Positions 8,173 through 13,444 of a stretch of DNA of 13,444 nucleotides are shown piece after piece. How positions within the stretch are numbered: position 1 is the first letter of the stretch; every line of letters starts with the position of its first letter. The notes beneath the pieces were generated by a model. The model was not told the DNA's origin and searched no databases. It worked only from the letters and a program-made list of their open reading frames with translations. Source of the stretch: Oopsacas minuta (Eukaryota > Animalia > Porifera); NCBI GenBank assembly GCA_024704765.1, contig JAKMXF010000296.1:269521-282964 (forward strand). Direction: 5' to 3'. The position numbers and the translations under genes were made by a program.

Positions 8173-9231
8173 ATGAAAAAGAAGCAGGATTGTCCGGGTA
8201 ATAAACCAGCTATGTCTGAAGCTGAGCGTAGGCGTTTCCTTGCCAAAACGAATCTCAGGAAGAAAGATCAGAGCGTCTTCGGGAAAAAAGGGACCAACAA
8301 GCTAACTTGAAAACTTCCCATCAGAATACGAGACCTCTCAGCGATTAGAGTACCAGAGAACTCTTCAAGCGAATTTCTGACAAAGTGAATCTGAGGATCA
8401 ATCCGCTGAGCGATTTGAGTATCAGTGAACTCTTCAAGAGAATCTCAGGAGCAAAGAGTCTGAGCACGATCACAATGTTCGTCTGAAGTATCGGGTTGAG
8501 TTATATGCTAAAGTAAGTCATTAACTTCTAAGAGATATATTAACTTAGCTCGATCGCAATTTACATGTGAAGTTAGTGATACCATCGTATCTGAACATTC
8601 ACTTGGTTACATGTCCTTTTTGCTGTAATTTATGCGATGCAATGTTTTGGAAAAGTGAAAAACTATCTACCTGTACTAAGACTATTAAATTCTCCTTTTG
8701 TTGTGGGGAGGGGAAGGTTGTTTTATCCCCTTTAGATACATCTGAGCTGCTGACTCACTTACTCACAGCTACTGGTAAAAGAGCTATAAAATTCAGGAGT
8801 AATATACGTGTCTATAACCCATGTCTTGCATTTTGTTCTCTCAGAGCCAATGTTGATAACGAACTGGCCAACGCTAAGCTTGGTTCTATACGTTCTGGAT
8901 ACATAGGGCAGTACACCATTCAATCAGTAGATTTGTCCCCAAGTAAGAGTTCACCCAAATTCCCTCAAATTTATATCCACGACGAGACTCCAGAAGCTGA
9001 GTTAGAAATCGTCAGAGACACATGAGCGCAACCTGTCTCCCTGAATTGAAAGGATTACAACAGATGTTACACGAGGTCAACCCTTATGGTTCTTGCTTCA
9101 GACATGCTATAGATCTTATGCGTAGCATGAAAGCAATGGATATAGAGCTCACTATCCTTGAAGGTGGTATTTGAGATCCACGAACATCTCCTGAGACTGC
9201 AGTATTGCTTCCTGAAGATGGTTATTCAGAA
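8173..9231 (+). pseudogene. Helitron RepHel gene, 5' region only (repeat region, Cys-rich region and pre-Rep region), decayed and truncated
   Basis: CNLCDAMFWKSE...FSFCCGEGKVVL...FRSNIRVYNPCLAFCSL, then YTFWIHRAVHH in a shifted frame, then PKFPQIYIHD, then LKGLQQMLHEVNPY...FRHA in another frame. These match the conserved Helitron N-terminal blocks. No Rep HUH or helicase motifs are reached; similarity stops near 9231. Confidence 0.88.
8250..8512 (+). repeat. About four 69-bp (23-aa) coding repeats, STPR-like
   Basis: Unit starts are 8250, ~8318, 8387 and 8456. 8341-8374 and 8410-8443 match at 30/34 with an offset of 69. Peptides: ESQEERSERL, ESEDQSAERF, ESEHDHNVRL. Confidence 0.75.
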
Positions 9232-9502
9232 CAGTGGTGTTATGGGTCTGCATCTTGATGATATTATTAGTAGAATGGAGTATAAGAAAAGAAATTTTGA
9301 TGTTATTTAATTAACGTTTGTGATAATTGAAGTAAAATAAAATTTATTGGATTTATCTTACTACTTCATAAGATGTAGAAAATAATACTGGGATAATTAT
9401 ATACCTATTATTGATTGGTAGCTTATCAATCCCAAACTCAAAATATTTCTGGGGGGGGGGAAATGGCCCCCTTGGCGTCACTGCTCCTTAGATCCGTGCC
9501 TG
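9232..9502. mobile_element. Possible hAT-type MITE remnant
   Basis: It begins with CAGTG where Helitron similarity stops. It ends in G10-AAATGG-CCCCC...CACTG (9483)...GATCCGTGCCTG (9502), which resembles hAT MITE ends. No TSD was found. Confidence 0.3.
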
Positions 9503-11588
9503 TGAGCCGTGTATATCAAGTCAATAGACCTCATATTAAGTAAACTAAGCTAAATGCTATGGGTTACATTTTATAGTGGGATATTCCTAATACACATTCC
9601 TTACTGTACAACTATCTACCATAATTTTGTAAGCTTCTCAAGTCAATGAAAGCCCAAGAGACATTGAGGAGATTGCTAATATACGTTGTTTGGGGGAGGT
9701 GGACAATTGAGAAAATGAGCAATAATACGACAAACTGATCCTGGAGTTTTATGATCAATGTTAAACATTCGATGCTATTCATTAGTGAGTTATAGTTTGC
9801 TGCTCTCTTATCAAATTCCCCCAGGATCCACCTTTTAACAACCCCCCATAATTTCCATTATTCATTCAATATTTTAAAGTTGCATCACTTTACATCATTT
9901 CATCAATTTTTGGCACTTGCACCATTTCCACAATTCATTCATTTCTAAGTAAATTCAGAAATTCCATCATTTCCACCATTTTTCCAAACATTCAATCTGA
10001 AGATATTATACAACACCACTAATTGACTAAATTCCCCAAGCCTCAATAATCGCATTTGTGTTTCAGGGTCAATGTGGAGCCCAAAAATGGAATGGAGTAA
10101 TTCCATGTCAGGTTACACAGCCATTTCACCAGCAACCTCCAATTTGTCAAAATTGCAGTGCGGGATTGACAGTGATTTCTCAAAATTTAACACCATTCTC
10201 TCATTTTAAATTGTGATAACAGTTGTATTTTTGTTAGACTCTACTACAATTACTCTATTTATAGTTAAAACCACAAGGAATCCAATGGAAATGGTAAAAT
10301 TTTTATTTGGGGGCATTACATGTGTTAATTCTGGGACTGAAACTAACTGTTAAGGTGGAACCTGGGATATTTTAGAAACCAAAATTTTTGTAAGTAATTT
10401 ATAGATTATCAGTATATTTCATTATATACATAGTTTAGTTTGGTTCCCGAACATTCTCTATGAATTATGTGATTTTTTGTGGTTCTAACCAGCCAGTCTA
10501 CACTATTAATTATAATAAAATTTCAGAATATTCGATTTTAAGAAATGTGTAGCAACATACTACGTTATAATAATGCCTGTTCACTGGAGTGATGTTTTGT
10601 GACATGGATGTCGTTGTTATCCATTGATTATGTAACAATAAATGTTATAAGTAGATATTAGAAATATATTGTCCAAGATAAAGGTATTTCGGTTTAATAC
10701 AAGAATACAATGAGTCACATTTTAGTAAATATGAGTTGGGTTTAGAGACAAAATAAATCCATGAAATTGATCAAGAACATATATCTTTGTAATTAAGAAA
10801 TGAAATCATTTGAGAAGTATGACGAAAGTATTGGGATCACACTAAATGTTGTTGGGGACAAATGGATTTTTCATAATTTATCAAATCCAAAAGTGGGAGC
10901 GAGCTACCAAAATTTCTAGATTCAAGAGCTCGGGAAATCTTGGCAATTTCCCTGCCATTCAGTGATTTACCTGACCTGGGTTGGAAAGTATGCCTTCACT
11001 GTTTAATTATTTCCAGGAATTATTCTAATATTCAGTGCCTCAATGGTGCACCCAGAGCATAGACCCCAACCTCTCAATTTACTTATAGCTCGTCATCATA
11101 CCAATTTTACCGTTTACTGCAAAATATAGACAAGGAAGGATATTAGGTTCTATAAATAATATGACCCTAACATCACATTGAGTGAAAATTTAAATAATTA
11201 TCAGGAATAATTCGAATTTATAAAATTTCGTACTACAAGCTATCGCAACAAATACTGGTCACTTGGGGTGTATGGTTTTTCTAGCGATTTTGGCATCAAG
11301 TTTCACACATACTAAATATGCTTATACTGAGCCATAATTAATATATTGCTCTCCACAATTTGGTGGGCTATATCCCCTAGTCCCCCCACCGCTGTTCTGC
11401 GCCCTTTGTCGTGAGGCATTGCTTTTGGCAAGAGGACAGGACACCCTGAGGTACCTTGTTAGATTTAAACATTTCAAAGTGATTGAACAAAACTTAAAAA
11501 ATATCTACCCTAATAATGTGATGCTAACTTGGTTCACATAGAACACAAAATTCTGCTTCAAAACCCTAAGCCACTGAAGCCGGATACC

Positions 11589-11630
11589 GACAATTCGCAC
11601 CACGACAATTCGCACCGGACAATTCGCACC
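11589..11630 (+). repeat. Three exact GACAATTCGCACC 13-mers in the MULE left terminus
   Basis: Copies at 11589-11601, 11604-11616 and 11618-11630. Confidence 0.95.
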
Positions 11631-12006
11631 TAATTTGATTGGTGAATTTGATATGATATTAGTTAATTAATTTAATCTAAGTACACGCTAATAATCAATT
11701 TTCTAATAATTATTTCTGCACACGGAAGTCTTAATTGGATAGATAATTCTAATTTTAGATAACATGATTCCATGAATCCATTTAATGATATGAATTCCAA
11801 AGATTGCTATAGTAAGTATTAAGTAAACACATATGAAGTAACTACTTTTAGGGCTATATTTGGTAAAGAGGAATGTAGTAAACAGGATGTGATCACATGT
11901 GATATTTGCAATCCTCAGACATAAATAGAAAATGATCTAGTTCAAACTCAGATTCGTTTTCTCATTAACAATCATTGTATTTTGTCTTTGATATTATAAC
12001 TCTACA

Positions 12007-13444
12007 ATGGCGGAACGTCTTGGTCAGCCGACCTTTAGGCTGATCAAGTCACAAAGAGGAGGAGACAAGCTGTCGGAGGATGGATATTTATTTGGAGTGC
12101 AGAGGAGAGTTGGAGATGTGACGCATTGGTTGTGTGAGCAAAGATGGGTCTGCAAAGCTAGAGTTCATACCAAAGGGATGGTGATAGTCAAGCGCACGAA
12201 TGAGCACTCCCATGGGCCTGACGAGCAGGCAGCGGACTGTTGTGAAGCGAAGGCAGGCATGAAGAGGAAAGCACGGGAGTCCCAGGATAGCACACACCAC
12301 ATAGTGGGCGAGAGTTTGCAAACAGCATCAGAGGGTACTGCTGCTAAACTCCCCAAACTGGACAGCCTGAAACGGACGATACAACGCCAACGTGTTAGTG
12401 TACTTGCAGCTCCAGCACAGCCTACCACTCTAGCAGAGCTAGTTCTACCAGCAGTTTACCAGCAGACAGCCAAGGGAGAACAGTTCTCACTCTACGACTC
12501 TGGTGCAGACGATGTACACAGATTCCTCATCTTCGGGACACAACACAACCTCGGGATGCTACGGCGAAGCAAGATCTGGCTAGCTGATGGCACCCTCAAG
12601 ACGGCACCTCCACTCTTTGCCCAGGTGTATGTGGTGCATGGACTCCGTGGAGGAGATGATCCTATGAAGACGGGTCATCTGTTACCGAGCCTGTTCGTGC
12701 TACTGTCCAACAAGACGGAGGCTGCCTACCTGAAGATGTGGGAACAGATCCCCCTACTGTGTCCACTTGCCCAGCCTCAACAGATGCTCCTGGACTTTGA
12801 GAAGGGGGCGATTACCAGCTTTGAGCATGTCTGGCCTAACACAGTAGTGAAGTGCTGCTTCTTCCACCTCACACAGAATATCTGGCGACATGTGCAGTCT
12901 ATAGGGCTGCAGTCTGCCTACACACATGACGAAGAGTTGGCTATGCGCATCCGGAGGATACCAGCCCTTGCTTTTGCCCGACCAGCAGGCGTACTCAATC
13001 TGTTTGATCAAGTGGCAATGGACCTCCCACTACACCTGAGATAGGCGAACTAGTCGACTACTTTGAGAGGACGTATATCGGCTGCACACTTGCCACCGGA
13101 TACTATGTAGCGGCGACGTACCCTATTCACCTGTGGAACAACCACATCGGCACGCCCTTAGGACTCCCCCGTACAACCAACGCCGTAGAGGATGGCACCG
13201 CAGCTTCAATGCCACTGTCGGCTGCCATCACCCTGCCATATGGAAGTTCATCCTCTCCCTCAAGCGTGAGCAGGGCCTAGTGGAGGTGCGGCATACTAAC
13301 TACCTCGTTGGCAAGCCACCAACCAAGCGGAGGCGGCCCCAACAGAGTAAGGAAGCGTTGAAGACTCTAGTTCGTGAATATTATTCTCCAGGTCGTTCTA
13401 AAATGGAGTTCTTGCAGGGTGTAGCACATCATTTCAGTCTGGGA
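12007..13444 (+). pseudogene. FLYWCH + MULE DDE transposase with two 1-nt frameshifts
   Basis: FLYWCH-like GYLF...HWLC...CKARVHT...HSH; WLADGT (Asp at 12586-12588); LLDFE (Asp at 12793-12795); CFFH; RTTNAVE (Glu at 13188-13190). Shifts near 13030 and 13191 restore PEIGELVDYFERTYIG...LPRTTNAVE-GWHRSFN...HPAIWKFI...FLQGVAHHFSLG, which runs to the window end. Confidence 0.93.

Larger units (their letters stand above)
11582..13444 (+). mobile_element. MULE/Mutator element, Phantom-like (right end outside the window)
   Basis: The GG-starting terminus GGATACCGACAATTCGCACC contains internal tandem repeats and is followed by a FLYWCH-MULE transposase. The candidate 9-bp TSD is ACTGAAGCC (11573-11581), unverified. 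Confidence 0.85.

Noticed and set aside
11364-11406. C-rich segment resembling a hAT MITE right end
   Set aside because: No left end or TSD was found, so it is too weak to call.
11589-11630. Direct repeats as a possible CRISPR array (also 502-604)
   Set aside because: The repeats are 8-13 bp with little or no spacer, there are no cas genes, and both arrays sit at transposon ends in eukaryotic DNA.
12088-13011. Three minus-strand ORFs
   Set aside because: They are antisense shadows of the GC-rich MULE ORF, with no recognisable motifs.

Overview
This is AT-rich eukaryotic DNA, probably from an invertebrate animal (inference), and it is almost entirely a pile of DNA transposons and their remnants. 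From left to right: the 3' end of a hAT element; a decayed DD34D mariner on the minus strand; a decayed GDGDS/TQNANE-type transposase (Mutator-like or Kolobok-like) split by a younger DD37E Tc1/mariner-superfamily element and followed by a PHD-finger ORF remnant; a cluster of short non-autonomous Helitron-like elements; a decayed Helitron RepHel 5' region with 69-bp repeats and a probable 36-nt intron; and the left part of a GC-rich FLYWCH-MULE (Phantom-like) element. A 692-N assembly gap lies inside the DD37E element. I see no rRNA, tRNA, CRISPR array or prokaryotic system, and no host gene can be identified. I found no convincing evidence for a wholly new biological system. The best leads are the short Helitron-like family whose three 3' ends read CCAG, CAAG and CGAG instead of CTAG, the cleanly nested DD37E element, the transposase+PHD arrangement, and the tiny intron. 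All alignments and translations were done by eye; no searches were run.
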